From Oscillospiraceae bacterium (lineage in GTDB: Bacteria; Bacillota; Clostridia; Oscillospirales; Oscillospiraceae): a DNA stretch of 64,000 bases. The translations under genes were made by a program, and so were the position numbers. Shown here in pieces: positions 31,401 to 39,800 of this stretch (position 1 is the first letter of the stretch; the number at the start of each line of letters is the position of its first letter). The stretch spans positions 3,059-67,058 of the forward strand of contig SVMF01000012.1 in the NCBI GenBank assembly GCA_015067565.1, given 5' to 3'. The notes below the pieces were generated by a model. It searched no databases, was not told the origin of the DNA, and saw only the letters and a list, made by a program, of their open reading frames with translations.

Positions 31401-31456
31401 AGAATCATCACCAGCGTCAGCGCCAAAGCAAAGAGTCGTTTGAAGGTGGTTCGCAT
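25457..31456 (-). CDS. Protein D: 1999-aa secreted multi-repeat protein with no recognisable catalytic head (putative adhesin/lectin), with conserved tail
   Basis: Signal peptide; three ~150-aa repeats YVxAA.V.GTYYA...YY.D+ELLPV; further beta-rich modules alternating with Cys/His repeats; tail; AAGGAG RBS. Confidence 0.75.
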   Translation of the reverse strand: MRTTFKRLFALALTLVMILSLMPLQSHAAHSHTHEETASATRSITGGTYVLAANVGGTYYALPNSFAMTSSKILGQVITLTNGAVSAADAATYGVTVAAYGGNFTIFNGTKYLKYNSGTNLATATTPYEWAISTGTNGSYRITASTDATRGLVFRSSEYNQFGGYAVSNIDKYPNQYYDIELLPVSGSGDGGGDDSGGDTQQVVSTASIANGEYVVAANVAGTYYAMDNTFAAKITGTPIVVTDGYVDADAAVSAKVTVSKSGDFHTISANGTYLTYSDSTNLGSSTTAYHWAIISGVNGTYRAVASTDNSRGIAFQQSTTRFGGYALSNVTAGSTSYYDIELLPVKAGSGSGDSPTAPVIEDGRYVIAAFVNGTYYAMSNYFAEKIPGTGIIVANGCVTEEAAADYVVNITRNGEYYLITNETGYLRYVSSTNLGYSASTTCDWSITSGTNGTYRISAASTLTASTIRSLAYRTDTYNTFGAYATSNIVNNPSAYYDVELLPVGDPDDYKQKVYTLVKDATSFTAGNYIFISQAINSNNAFYAMTTAQEPGYYYMTSQKLNDTELPQNIVINAKDATKLSWTMTGTRTSFKLQNAAGTYLANSATAARLNLSATGSTWSAAYSSSKQGFHLSANKYYVSLRDDTTTTGANGHPMFGGVAVTTTPPGHIYMNVYKECLHTSVSETNIPATCIESGFAGSTCNTCGTVISSTTYPATGHTIVYTSNGAGTHLISCQTCGYEEGTENCVYSNLACYRCGNPEPENDYSGRYYFAAVRSSEGSSYHYMTFDLVGASTKRYASEDSGLSTLPAVITAPVSNKVYVIEKNDAGTYRIFAEGLAGDNCLAWEADANASENSGAFADTFNAYELTIGLSGEATDGNKIVNIYFVENDLPRYLSLNNTTGNNYFAWYTSASSQRRDIVLVPAVGEATCLHTNRTTVVTEPTCTVNGYETIYCADCGAIVGEEELLAPGHSLQYQWVEEGWHYASCTQCDFNVTEECTLVGLACMYCSGGDLECFQLVMSPSELSTDRYIIIAKNVLGDYGGDYSYYGLNLHQDSNYNAMSTQGMVFDELPTEIYIEGTDTANLVWNLTGSVSGFTLTTDSGAALCHSSGNDLILGNDTPSTWTGDFSTTEGHFAVKHNNSYYMSLRTDWNTLDNTDNGTPLINCVNNTDTGNYKMFFYKKYDGCLHINTSTTIVEPTCTTGGSETVVCDDCKQTISSTKLDPYGHDPFAYPATEPTCTVAGNVAYWYCADCDCYFSDELCSKKTTPEAIAIAPLGHNWDDGQITVSPTCTSAGTMTYTCYTCTGTKTEALSALGHFYTRVVTAPTCTEQGYTTFTCHGCGDSYKGNYTEAFGHNYTYKNNGNGTHTTTCDRGCGYSATVSCTFVDEYCVCGAKAEAACTHSKTTTNTVQPTCTTAGSNTVVCSECGVTISTTAIPATGHSLTAVVAKSATCTEPGCQKHWHCGKCNSYFADADGKYSLPEDFVIIAALGHNYTYTNNGMTHTVTCANGCDHNVTELHSYTNGICVCGAEEKSGDLTGRYYIAAKRNTDTNYHYILSTMDGTRYDIADSGVSVLPNYIPSGESDKIFVIEKSSETTYRIYAEGISGDAKYLGWTSGNTGSFVTVDKALNLTIDALTSGLYNIHFTSGTEQRFLSVNASTANSYAAWYKTGQIKNLALIPVDGASQVYEDSLKATMAITVGAEMAAGFTVMNSVVGQYKDFYLVVEKDVVGGEKKQVIYGFEAEHQAFTPMPPTGTPFLYNCSFVGITAKEMGDEIRATLYAIGADGTLYYGPTEKNSIKNYLINGLSASTTTAAQKTMYVDMLKYGAVAQTYFGYDTDNLVTDDLTTAQLAYGTQSLPAATNYAKATGSGKILNTSVVLKARVVLSLSTVYPGANVSNMKFVIRDAANGQLIKEIPATTNGVMITADFDDVGAKQMRRLITATLYDGTTAVTQTATWSVESYVASVRATSKDPGQVDLVNAMLTYGDAVAAYMTSIGK
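29940..31325 (-). repeat. Three tandem ~150-aa beta-rich repeats at the N-terminus of D
   Basis: Shared motifs GTYYA(M/L).N.F, YL.Y...TNL, W.I.SG.NGTYR, FG.YA.SN, YYD+ELLPV. Confidence 0.85.
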
Positions 31457-31593
31457 AATATCACTCCTTTGGTATAGAATTACAAATACATTTATGTATC
31501 CTTAGAATTATAATACCATTTTAACGAATAAAAGTCCACAGAAAATTACAATTTTCTTGATATTTCTGCAAACACATCTTTCATGCCGTATTT

Positions 31594-34500
31594 CTATAGT
31601 TTTTGTTCCGTTTGCGTTGAAAAAAAGTACAAAATTCTCTCTTTTACGGGTTTTTCAAAGATCCTGCTCAAGGCACGGCTGTATGCCTCGAGCTGTTTGC
31701 GATAGCGTTCGGCTCGATGCGACTCCTCGCCTGCCTTGAGCTCATCCGTCTTGAAGTCAATGACCACAAGCCCATCGTCTTCGATGATACAGCAATCGGC
31801 AACACCCTGCAGCATGATCTGTTCGCCTGAGAGATCCGCGTCATAAATCGCAGCGTTCTCCATGACCGTGAACTTAAATTCCCGTACAAGCTCAGAAGCA
31901 TTTTTGATACGTTTTCCCAACTCACTTTGGAAAAAGGCAGCAATCTGTGCAGGCTGCACCGCCTCTGCCTGCTCGGGTAGGATACGATGCTCGCTGAGCA
32001 TTCGGTCGATCTCAGTCCGCACTTCCTCAGCGCTGTTCGTTCGGTCATAGCGCAGATGCTCCATCACAAGGTGCAACGCAGAGCCGCGCTGTGCGGCATT
32101 GAGCGTCTTTTTCGTTTCAAACTTCGGCTTATCAAAGCGAAGCTGTGACATGAGCATCGGCATGCCATCGAGTTCCTCGTCCGCGGTTCTCCCCTTGAGC
32201 TGAGTTGCCGTGAGCTTGGCAGGTGTTCGGCACGCGTTCGTGTATGCGTATTGCGGAACGCAAAGCTTCAGCACACCTTGTGTGCACCGCTCAGCCTCCT
32301 GCGCCTGCTCAGACGGGACAAACAAACTTCCCTCATGGTATTTGATCTTCCACGGGTAAAGGCTGACGGAGCTTTCGATAGGATAGCCTCCGGCTTGGAA
32401 GAGCTCCCCTGCCTCCGTGCGTGTCATAGCACACATCAGAACCCATTGTCCAGGGCACATCACATCACCTACAAAATCCTCCTGCACCGGCAACGTCATT
32501 TCTTCGGCAATGGTCTTGAGATACTGCTTGAGCGTTTTTCCGCACATCGTCATGATCAGGCGGCATTTTGCGCGTGTCATGGCAACATACATGATGCGCA
32601 TTTCCTCACTACGGTTTTCCTTCTTCAGGCGATCCTTGAGGGCCTTAAAGGCGATCGTGTCGTAGATCGTTTCGCTCTTGGCATCGACAAATTTCGACGC
32701 AAGACCCAGTTCGGAATCGACGAGCACATTGGATTCAAAGTCTTTTTTGCTGAATTGTTTGGCAAGTCCGGAAAGGAACACCACGGGGAACTCCAAGCCC
32801 TTTGACTTGTGCATGGTCATGATCCGAACCGCACCAATTTTACCGATCAATTCCGTGGAAACCCCTTTTTCTTTCTGCAGATCAAGGTATTTCAGGAAAC
32901 CCGACAGCCCGTAACGGCCGGAATCCTCATAGCTTTTTGCAATGCCCAGTAGCTTTTCAAAATTCTGAGTGCAATTCGGATAGGTCGCTCGAAAGTACAA
33001 TCGCTCATCGATCTCATTGAGTAGACTTTGCAGATCATTTTGCTGCGACAGCGAACGAAGCGTTGCAAGCATCGGCAAGAACGCTCTGCCACGTTCGGTC
33101 GTTTTCATCGCATCAATAATCGGGCCGCTGCGCTGCTTGCTGCGGAACTGAGCGACCTCATCAGCCGTAAAGCGGAAGATCGGGGAAAGCAGCGCACTGA
33201 GCAACGGAATGTCATGGTGCGGGTTGTCAATAACTCTCAGAATGTTCAGAAGAACCGTAATTTCCTCGCAGCTAAAAATATCCTCATTGCCACAGATGCT
33301 TTCAATTCCGTAACGTTTCAGCGCGCGGATATAGTATTCTGCGTTGCCCTTCGTGGCACGCAGTAAGATCGCAATGTCGTCCGCTTCGATCTTTTTGGTA
33401 TCATCCCCGACTCGGATCTCTTCCCCGTCATCCAGCATTTTTCGGATCCTTCTGGCGACAAATTCCGCCTCGACCTCTTCCTTGCTGCAGTGCAGGTCTT
33501 CCGGCAATTCCTTTGTGTCGATGCAGTGCAGCTCGATTGCCTCACCCCCATGCGGCTCTTTCTCCGTTTTCAGCGATTCTGCCTCTCCGTAGACAAGTCC
33601 GCCAACACGCTTGCTCATAAGCAGGCGGAACATATCGTTTGAGGCCTGCAAAACCTCGGGATAGGAACGGAAGTTATTGGAAAGCAATATTTTTCTTGGC
33701 TCGCCGTCTAAAGCCTTCTTGTAATCAACATAGCTCTCATAGCGCCTCAGGAAGCACTGCGGATCGGCCATTCGGAAGCGATAGATGGACTGCTTTACAT
33801 CGCCGACCATGAACAGATTGTTTTTGTTGGCAAGTGTTGTAAAAATCGCATCCAGAACAGCGTTGGAGTCCTGATATTCGTCGACCATGATCTGCTCATA
33901 GCGCTTTGCGATCGTCTCGGCTGCTTTGGTGGGGGTGCCGTCTTTTCGGATCAGCAGTCGCAAGGCTTCATGTTCCAGATCGGTATAGTCCAGAATGCGG
34001 TGAGAACGCTTCTCCTGTGTATAACGTGCGGTAAAGCGTTCCACCAAGGTCAGAAGCCCTCCCAGTGCCGCTGACGTGGAGCGAAGATCCTCCAAAACCT
34101 CATCAGCAGGAATCCGGAAGGACTGATATGCGGCAGTAACCCTCTCCTTGATCTTGGTCCTGCGATTTTTAATATCCAACTGCAGCTCGGGATCCGAGGG
34201 TTTTTTGACAGATTTCCATGTGGAGAACTTGCATCCGTGGCAGGCAAGCTCGTCCCATGTTTCCGTTCTTCCCAGGGACTGCAAATAGGCAATATCTGCG
34301 TTAAAAATATCCTGAAGCGGTGCCAAATCCGAAGCATCTTCGAGCATTCTCGAAAGTCTGGCATATGTTTTTTCGTAGTTTTTCAGCGAATCCTTGAAAA
34401 CCTCGAACATATATTTACCCCAAGGCGTTTCAGTCGGCTCCGTACAGTTCGTAAGCGCAATCGTCTTTCTGAGCTCCTCGATTCTTGCCTTTGGATCAGG

Positions 34501-35052
34501 CCAGCAATGTACAGCGTTGTAAATCTTAATCACAAGCGACGGCAAATTCTGATCATCTCGTCCTGCGCCGAGCATATCGATCACAGCTGCAATCTGCGGA
34601 TCATCCATGTTTTGGTATGCTTCGTCGAGGATCGTTTTCATAGCTTTGTCCCGTAGGATTGCGGTTTCCACATCATCTGCCGTCCGAAAATCCATAGGCA
34701 GATCCAGCTCATGCGCAAATTCACGCAGGATCGTTCCGCAGAAGGAATGCACCGTCGAGATCTGCGCCATGTACACACGGTTGAGCTGTTGTTGCAGATG
34801 CACCTGCTCAGGGTTCTTAGCTAAGCTGTCGGAAATACGGGCAACCATTTTTCCACGCATCTCCGCAGCTGCCGCCTGGGTATAGGTAATGAGTAAGAAC
34901 TCATCGATATTATGGCCCTCTTCAACATATTTCAGCACACGGTCCACCAAGACCTTGGTCTTGCCGGAGCCGGCGGCTGCGGAGACCAACAAATGGCCGC
35001 CTCTGCTGTCGACCACCTGCTGTTGTTCGGGTGTCAGTCTGATCTCGCTCAT
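31594..35052 (-). CDS. addA: ATP-dependent helicase/nuclease AddA
   Basis: AAAGSGKT, ITYTQAAAAEM, VDEYQD, VGDVKQSIYRFR, TMHKSKGLEF, YVAMTRA, GVAD...VIDFKT nuclease. Confidence 0.95.
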   Translation of the reverse strand: MSEIRLTPEQQQVVDSRGGHLLVSAAAGSGKTKVLVDRVLKYVEEGHNIDEFLLITYTQAAAAEMRGKMVARISDSLAKNPEQVHLQQQLNRVYMAQISTVHSFCGTILREFAHELDLPMDFRTADDVETAILRDKAMKTILDEAYQNMDDPQIAAVIDMLGAGRDDQNLPSLVIKIYNAVHCWPDPKARIEELRKTIALTNCTEPTETPWGKYMFEVFKDSLKNYEKTYARLSRMLEDASDLAPLQDIFNADIAYLQSLGRTETWDELACHGCKFSTWKSVKKPSDPELQLDIKNRRTKIKERVTAAYQSFRIPADEVLEDLRSTSAALGGLLTLVERFTARYTQEKRSHRILDYTDLEHEALRLLIRKDGTPTKAAETIAKRYEQIMVDEYQDSNAVLDAIFTTLANKNNLFMVGDVKQSIYRFRMADPQCFLRRYESYVDYKKALDGEPRKILLSNNFRSYPEVLQASNDMFRLLMSKRVGGLVYGEAESLKTEKEPHGGEAIELHCIDTKELPEDLHCSKEEVEAEFVARRIRKMLDDGEEIRVGDDTKKIEADDIAILLRATKGNAEYYIRALKRYGIESICGNEDIFSCEEITVLLNILRVIDNPHHDIPLLSALLSPIFRFTADEVAQFRSKQRSGPIIDAMKTTERGRAFLPMLATLRSLSQQNDLQSLLNEIDERLYFRATYPNCTQNFEKLLGIAKSYEDSGRYGLSGFLKYLDLQKEKGVSTELIGKIGAVRIMTMHKSKGLEFPVVFLSGLAKQFSKKDFESNVLVDSELGLASKFVDAKSETIYDTIAFKALKDRLKKENRSEEMRIMYVAMTRAKCRLIMTMCGKTLKQYLKTIAEEMTLPVQEDFVGDVMCPGQWVLMCAMTRTEAGELFQAGGYPIESSVSLYPWKIKYHEGSLFVPSEQAQEAERCTQGVLKLCVPQYAYTNACRTPAKLTATQLKGRTADEELDGMPMLMSQLRFDKPKFETKKTLNAAQRGSALHLVMEHLRYDRTNSAEEVRTEIDRMLSEHRILPEQAEAVQPAQIAAFFQSELGKRIKNASELVREFKFTVMENAAIYDADLSGEQIMLQGVADCCIIEDDGLVVIDFKTDELKAGEESHRAERYRKQLEAYSRALSRIFEKPVKERILYFFSTQTEQKL

Positions 35053-38000
35053 GATTCCACCTCCTCAGCCAAAGGCCAGAATTCATCGGCACTCTTTACC
35101 GTTTTTATCCAGCGCTCGGTTTTGTTTCCACGGCAAATTTCTTTATACGGGCAATATTGGCAAGCGTTAGTGCGCTCGGCAATATAATATGGGTCGGGTT
35201 TCACACACCCCTCGGCAACAGAATCCGTCAGCGCCTCCACCTTTCTGTACACAAAGCGTTCAAGCGTATCGAACTGTTCCGTCGTGGTGTAAAATTTCTT
35301 ATCAGGCAGGGTCAAATGCTCATCTCCCGGCTCCATAGCCTGCAGGACATGGTCAGAATGCAAAACCAAGCCACTTCTGCGACCCTTATTTTCCCGTAGC
35401 CTTGACTCATCCTTATCGTACTTCCCTTTGAGGCTCACAGGCTTCGCATTCGCCAGAAAATACAGCACCCCAGCGCAGTGCAACGGCTGACCGCAAAGCT
35501 TCATTCCGTTTTGCTTGATTGCAAACAGATATATCAGCATCTGCAGGCCCAAACCGTTGAACACCTTACTCCATTCAAACTCCATGGACCCAGTTTTATA
35601 GTCAACAATACGGACATACATACGCTCTCCGTCATGCCACAGATCCACGCGGTCTACCGCACCTTCCAGATAGGCTGTCATCTTTTTCCCGGCAATCTTG
35701 ATGGCAGGCAGCTCTTTGTTCTGCTTGAACCTGAGTTCAAACCATTTCGGCTCAAATTCACAAGCAGAAAGCTCCTCATAAAGACGCTTAATGACCTTGC
35801 GAACCTCGCCGAAGCTTCTTCGGAAGAGGTATTCCGCACGCTCACTTTGCCACAATTCCCCAAGCTTTTCTTTGGTATATGCCTCCATGCAGTCTTCACA
35901 GATCTGTAAGGTACGCTCAAGCGTAACCTTGTGAAATCCACCCTCGAGCATCACCTGCGAAGCACAATGCTCCAGAACATCATGTACAAAGGTACCAAAG
36001 GCAGATGCATCCATTTGTGCCACTTTTTGCTCTTCCGTATATAAGCCGTATTGCAGGAAATACCCAAAATGACATGAGGCCATCTTGTCGATCTGGGAAG
36101 AAGAAATGTGCAATTCATTTCCGTAGAGCTCTTTGACAGTCTCTTCTTTCAGGCTGCCTATCTCATATGGTTGCTCGATTTTTGAAAGCTTTTCAACAAG
36201 GTCTTCCTGGCAGTCAAGGCTTGGATTAGAGCGTATATGGTACAAATAATCGCGTTCGGAGCGTTGGATCAGATCCGTATGCTCTTCTATACAGCGTGCA
36301 TGCGGAAAAAGCTCGTGTGCGCGCTTGAGGTAATACGCTTCAAGGCCGGAAACACCGCCGAAATACAGTGTCTTATTTGCCGTGTCCAAAACACCGCCAA
36401 TCGAGGCAAGCTCACGATCCAGCGCAGCAGTTACCCTGGGCGCAATCGGAACACCGGCACCAAGCAGGTCGTTTCGTTCATGCTCCGTCAGCAAAGATCG
36501 GTTGCTTTGTGCCGAAGGAAATGCGCCCTCGTTGGCTCCAAGGATGAATATATATTCAGCATTTAATCTCCTCTGCGCACTTAAGCTTCCCACGTTCACG
36601 CAATCGAGGGACGCCGGAATTGTACCGATGGAGCACTGACTCAAAGCCGTCAGAAGCATATGGTAAAAGTTTTCAGGACTTCTCACACTGGTTCCGAGGA
36701 CACCATACATTTGCTCCAAAAGACGGCAAATGATGGAATAGACCTGCGCATATTCCTGTGCTTTTTGCAGGTCATTTTCTTCATACAACCGCTGTGCAGC
36801 AAGATTCAGCTGCTCATTCAGCCGGATCTCATCCATAAAGGCGCTTACCGCCTCAAGCATCTGCGCGGTATTGGCTGCCGTTCTCAAGCGGTCACGCAGT
36901 CGTATCAGCGGCTGTATATATTTCACGCGATCCTCGTTGAGTTGCTGCAAAACGATCGCCGGATCAGCATGCACCTTGCCAAGACCAAAAGGGTTTCGCG
37001 TCCATTCTTTTGTGAATTCTCCCGAATGAATATTCCATGTAAATATATAATTTTCCATTTGGTCGCAACGCTCAGGTGTGATGCTTAGGAACCCGGATTT
37101 CAGATATTGCAGCACTGTTTGTGCTTCGAAGCCTACCGTTGCTGCCTCCAAGGCAGACAACAGCATATGGACAACGCTCTGCCGCAAAATATCGACATCA
37201 CCTGCATAGTAAGCCGGGATCTGCGCTCTGCGAAACACTGTTTTCAAAACCGAAATGTACTGTTGCGCGTCACCGCAGGCAACCGCTATATCCCGATAAC
37301 GCACTCCGTTTTCCACCAGTCGCAGGATCTCCCCCGCTGCGCAGGCGCACTCATGTGCAGCATCGCCGCCGCGAATAAACACGATCGAATCGTCATCACC
37401 GTCATACGGCGCCTTTGCTCCCGTGAAAAGATGCTGCTGCATGTAGCTCCTTGCGTCGTTTGATCCGGTTTCAAGTCTGTCAAGTTTGACCTCAACACCC
37501 TGCTTTGTGGCGATCTGTTGCAGCTTATTCGCGGCACGTCGTGCCGCCTCAAACTGCGGTGAGCCCTTATGAAGGCTGTCACAATGGAAGGCCGCTGTGA
37601 TCTGCGCTCCTTGGTTGAGCAAAGAAGCAAGAATCTCCAGCTCCACGGAGTTGAAGTCAGAAAATGCATCGATATAAAAACACTTATCCTCAGCATAGTC
37701 GCAATCTTCCAGAACCTCGGCAAGCCGCGTCAAACGACTGCTCGGATTTTGTCCGAGGTTTGCACAAACACTCTCAAAGCTTTCCATCAGCAAGGCGATC
37801 TCCTCCACCTTCACCGCAAGAGCTCCACCAATCTCAGAAGATGCCTCTTTCAGCATCTGTGCGGTTATGCATTCACTTTGCAGCTCCTGGAATATGTCGA
37901 TCAGCTTGAGCAAAAACTGTGGCTTATCTGCCGCGTTGGCATATAGTTTGAGTCGTGATCTCACCTGCTCGACCGCTAACGACATCATCATCAATCTGCC

Positions 38001-38252
38001 AACAGCATCCGTCTGTATTTCTGCACCACCGCCATAGATGGAAAACACACGGGCCGCAAGCCTAGAAAAGCTCAGGACCTCGACAAAACGATTCGCCTGT
38101 GGGCCAAGTTTTGTACAAATGTCCCGTTCCGCCATATGCGAAAACTGCTCGGGCACAAGCAGAATCTGTCCCTTTTTTGTATTCTTCCGCAACTCAGTAA
38201 AAATATATTCGGAATTTAGCTTGCGATCCGATGAAATACAAATTCGAAGCAT
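35049..38252 (-). CDS. addB: Helicase-nuclease subunit AddB
   Basis: LVPEQFSH, VEVLSFSRLA, GAVDRVD...IVDYKTG, Fe-S cysteines (SCHFGYF ... CQYCPYKEIC); overlaps the addA start. Confidence 0.92.
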   Translation of the reverse strand: MLRICISSDRKLNSEYIFTELRKNTKKGQILLVPEQFSHMAERDICTKLGPQANRFVEVLSFSRLAARVFSIYGGGAEIQTDAVGRLMMMSLAVEQVRSRLKLYANAADKPQFLLKLIDIFQELQSECITAQMLKEASSEIGGALAVKVEEIALLMESFESVCANLGQNPSSRLTRLAEVLEDCDYAEDKCFYIDAFSDFNSVELEILASLLNQGAQITAAFHCDSLHKGSPQFEAARRAANKLQQIATKQGVEVKLDRLETGSNDARSYMQQHLFTGAKAPYDGDDDSIVFIRGGDAAHECACAAGEILRLVENGVRYRDIAVACGDAQQYISVLKTVFRRAQIPAYYAGDVDILRQSVVHMLLSALEAATVGFEAQTVLQYLKSGFLSITPERCDQMENYIFTWNIHSGEFTKEWTRNPFGLGKVHADPAIVLQQLNEDRVKYIQPLIRLRDRLRTAANTAQMLEAVSAFMDEIRLNEQLNLAAQRLYEENDLQKAQEYAQVYSIICRLLEQMYGVLGTSVRSPENFYHMLLTALSQCSIGTIPASLDCVNVGSLSAQRRLNAEYIFILGANEGAFPSAQSNRSLLTEHERNDLLGAGVPIAPRVTAALDRELASIGGVLDTANKTLYFGGVSGLEAYYLKRAHELFPHARCIEEHTDLIQRSERDYLYHIRSNPSLDCQEDLVEKLSKIEQPYEIGSLKEETVKELYGNELHISSSQIDKMASCHFGYFLQYGLYTEEQKVAQMDASAFGTFVHDVLEHCASQVMLEGGFHKVTLERTLQICEDCMEAYTKEKLGELWQSERAEYLFRRSFGEVRKVIKRLYEELSACEFEPKWFELRFKQNKELPAIKIAGKKMTAYLEGAVDRVDLWHDGERMYVRIVDYKTGSMEFEWSKVFNGLGLQMLIYLFAIKQNGMKLCGQPLHCAGVLYFLANAKPVSLKGKYDKDESRLRENKGRRSGLVLHSDHVLQAMEPGDEHLTLPDKKFYTTTEQFDTLERFVYRKVEALTDSVAEGCVKPDPYYIAERTNACQYCPYKEICRGNKTERWIKTVKSADEFWPLAEEVES

Positions 38253-38258
38253 AAAATC

Positions 38259-38302
38259 ACCTCTGTGATATTATAGCATATCACAGAGGTAAATCCAATG
38301 CC
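38259..38302 (-). promoter_or_regulatory. addB promoter and 12-bp inverted repeat covering the RBS
   Basis: Minus strand TTGGAT-17-TATAAT with extended TG; perfect IR ACCTCTGTGATA/TATCACAGAGGT at 38259-38290. Confidence 0.6.
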
Positions 38303-38304
38303 CA

Positions 38305-38895
38305 TTATGAGAAAAAGAGCTTTTTCAGCCACTGAAGTGTCTTAAACCGCAGCTTGTAGGTCTCCTCGCCACCCGTGATCAACGCTCGCTCTCGATCGTC
38401 CAAACCTCCGACCTCTGCGCATTGCTCGAAGGCATCGGTCGTTGCTGCCTTGCAAAGCGATGGAAATACGACACACCACCAATTTCTCCCCTCAGCTGCT
38501 CCGATACGTACCGTCAGCGAGGAATAGGTTCCTGCCGGGAGGGTAAAATGGTCATACACCCTCGTATCAAACCCTTTATCGCCAAAGCTGACTTCAATCT
38601 TCTCTTGGCTGACTGTCTGAGCCGCAAGACGGATCTGCGCAAGGTTTGATTGAATGATTTGCTTTGCCGAATCGACATCTGCGCACCCTGCGGTAAGTTC
38701 ATCGACCTTAGCAAGCACGGCATCGCGTACGACCAGCTTATGCTTCTGATCTTCCTCGCTGTCCGATGCCGCAAGAACATGGAGCCGAATCGTTTTTTCA
38801 GCAATCCCCTGCTGCAGGATGTGATTTTCTACCCCAAACAGCACAAAAGCTGCAGCAAATACACAAATAACCCAAATGAATATTCTAAATTTCAT
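38305..38895 (-). CDS. spoIIR: Stage II sporulation protein R
   Basis: IRLHVLAASDS.EDQ..KL.VRD, LPAG.Y..L.V.IG.AEGRNWWCVVFPSLC; start set at MKFRIF (38895). Confidence 0.93.
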   Translation of the reverse strand: MKFRIFIWVICVFAAAFVLFGVENHILQQGIAEKTIRLHVLAASDSEEDQKHKLVVRDAVLAKVDELTAGCADVDSAKQIIQSNLAQIRLAAQTVSQEKIEVSFGDKGFDTRVYDHFTLPAGTYSSLTVRIGAAEGRNWWCVVFPSLCKAATTDAFEQCAEVGGLDDRERALITGGEETYKLRFKTLQWLKKLFFS

Positions 38896-38927
38896 AAAAA
38901 CACCGTCCATATGTAAGCATTTGCTCA

Positions 38928-38957
38928 CAGTATGGACGGTTTTTTCAAACATTATAC
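38928..38957 (-). promoter_or_regulatory. sigma-F-like promoter for spoIIR
   Basis: GTATA-15 bp-GTCCATACTG, close to the sigma-F consensus; spoIIR is sigma-F dependent in B. subtilis. Confidence 0.6.
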
Positions 38958-39800
38958 ACTTTTTGCGCAAAAAAACTGCCAAGGCTGCAATTTCAGCTGT
39001 TCGTATGCCCTTTGGGCAGCAATCTGCGTTTCAAACAGGCCATAAACCGCAGAGCCGCTACCGGTCATCAGCGCACCGAGTGCGCCGTTTGCAAGCAGTT
39101 CTTGCTTGATCTGCGCAATTTGTACATCGTCTGCCGCTTCTTCGAAAACATTGCACAGCAACGACGAAGCCTTGCGAACATCGCCATACCTCAGCGCATC
39201 ACACATCGCCTTAGTGTCAGGTCTGTTTCTGATATGGATCTCATCAAGCTTGGCATACAGCTTCGGTGTAGAGAACGAGATCTGCGGCTTACACACGACA
39301 TAGTGCATCTCAGGCACAGCTCCCAGTTTTGTCAGGCGCTCTCCCCGCCCCTCGGCCAGACACAGCGACCTGACCACGCAAAACGGCACATCAGAACCGA
39401 TCTTCGCACCGAGCTCAGCAAGCTGTGTTTCGTCAAACGGTGCATCGTAATGCCGATTGAGCATCCGCAGCACCGCAGCGGCATCAGCGCTTCCGCCAGC
39501 CAGTCCTGCCTCAGAAGGAATGCGTTTGCAGATCGTAATCTCGATCCCGTTGGGGTCAATGTCCACGGCATCAAAGAACACACGAGCCGCCTTCCACACA
39601 AGATTGCGTTCATTCAATGGTATGCCACTGACATTGCAGCGAACAGACCACTCTCTGCCGGTGTTCAGCTCCAGCGCAATGTCATCGCACAGTGAAATGC
39701 TCTGCATCACTGTGCAGATATCATGATATCCGTCAGGCCGTTTTTCCAGGACATCAAGCGTCAGATTGAGCTTTGCATACGCGGTTTCATGCAGGATCAT
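38952..39800 (-). CDS. ispE: 4-diphosphocytidyl-2-C-methyl-D-erythritol kinase
   Basis: AKLNLTLDV...DGYH, KRIPSEAGLAGGSADAA, GSDVPFC, LMTGSGSAVYG. Confidence 0.96.
   Translation of the reverse strand: MILHETAYAKLNLTLDVLEKRPDGYHDICTVMQSISLCDDIALELNTGREWSVRCNVSGIPLNERNLVWKAARVFFDAVDIDPNGIEITICKRIPSEAGLAGGSADAAAVLRMLNRHYDAPFDETQLAELGAKIGSDVPFCVVRSLCLAEGRGERLTKLGAVPEMHYVVCKPQISFSTPKLYAKLDEIHIRNRPDTKAMCDALRYGDVRKASSLLCNVFEEAADDVQIAQIKQELLANGALGALMTGSGSAVYGLFETQIAAQRAYEQLKLQPWQFFCAKSV

Noticed and set aside
38200-38252. AddB lacks a Walker A motif at its N-terminus
   Set aside because: The AddB helicase-like domain is catalytically inactive and often degenerate; the nuclease and Fe-S motifs are intact.
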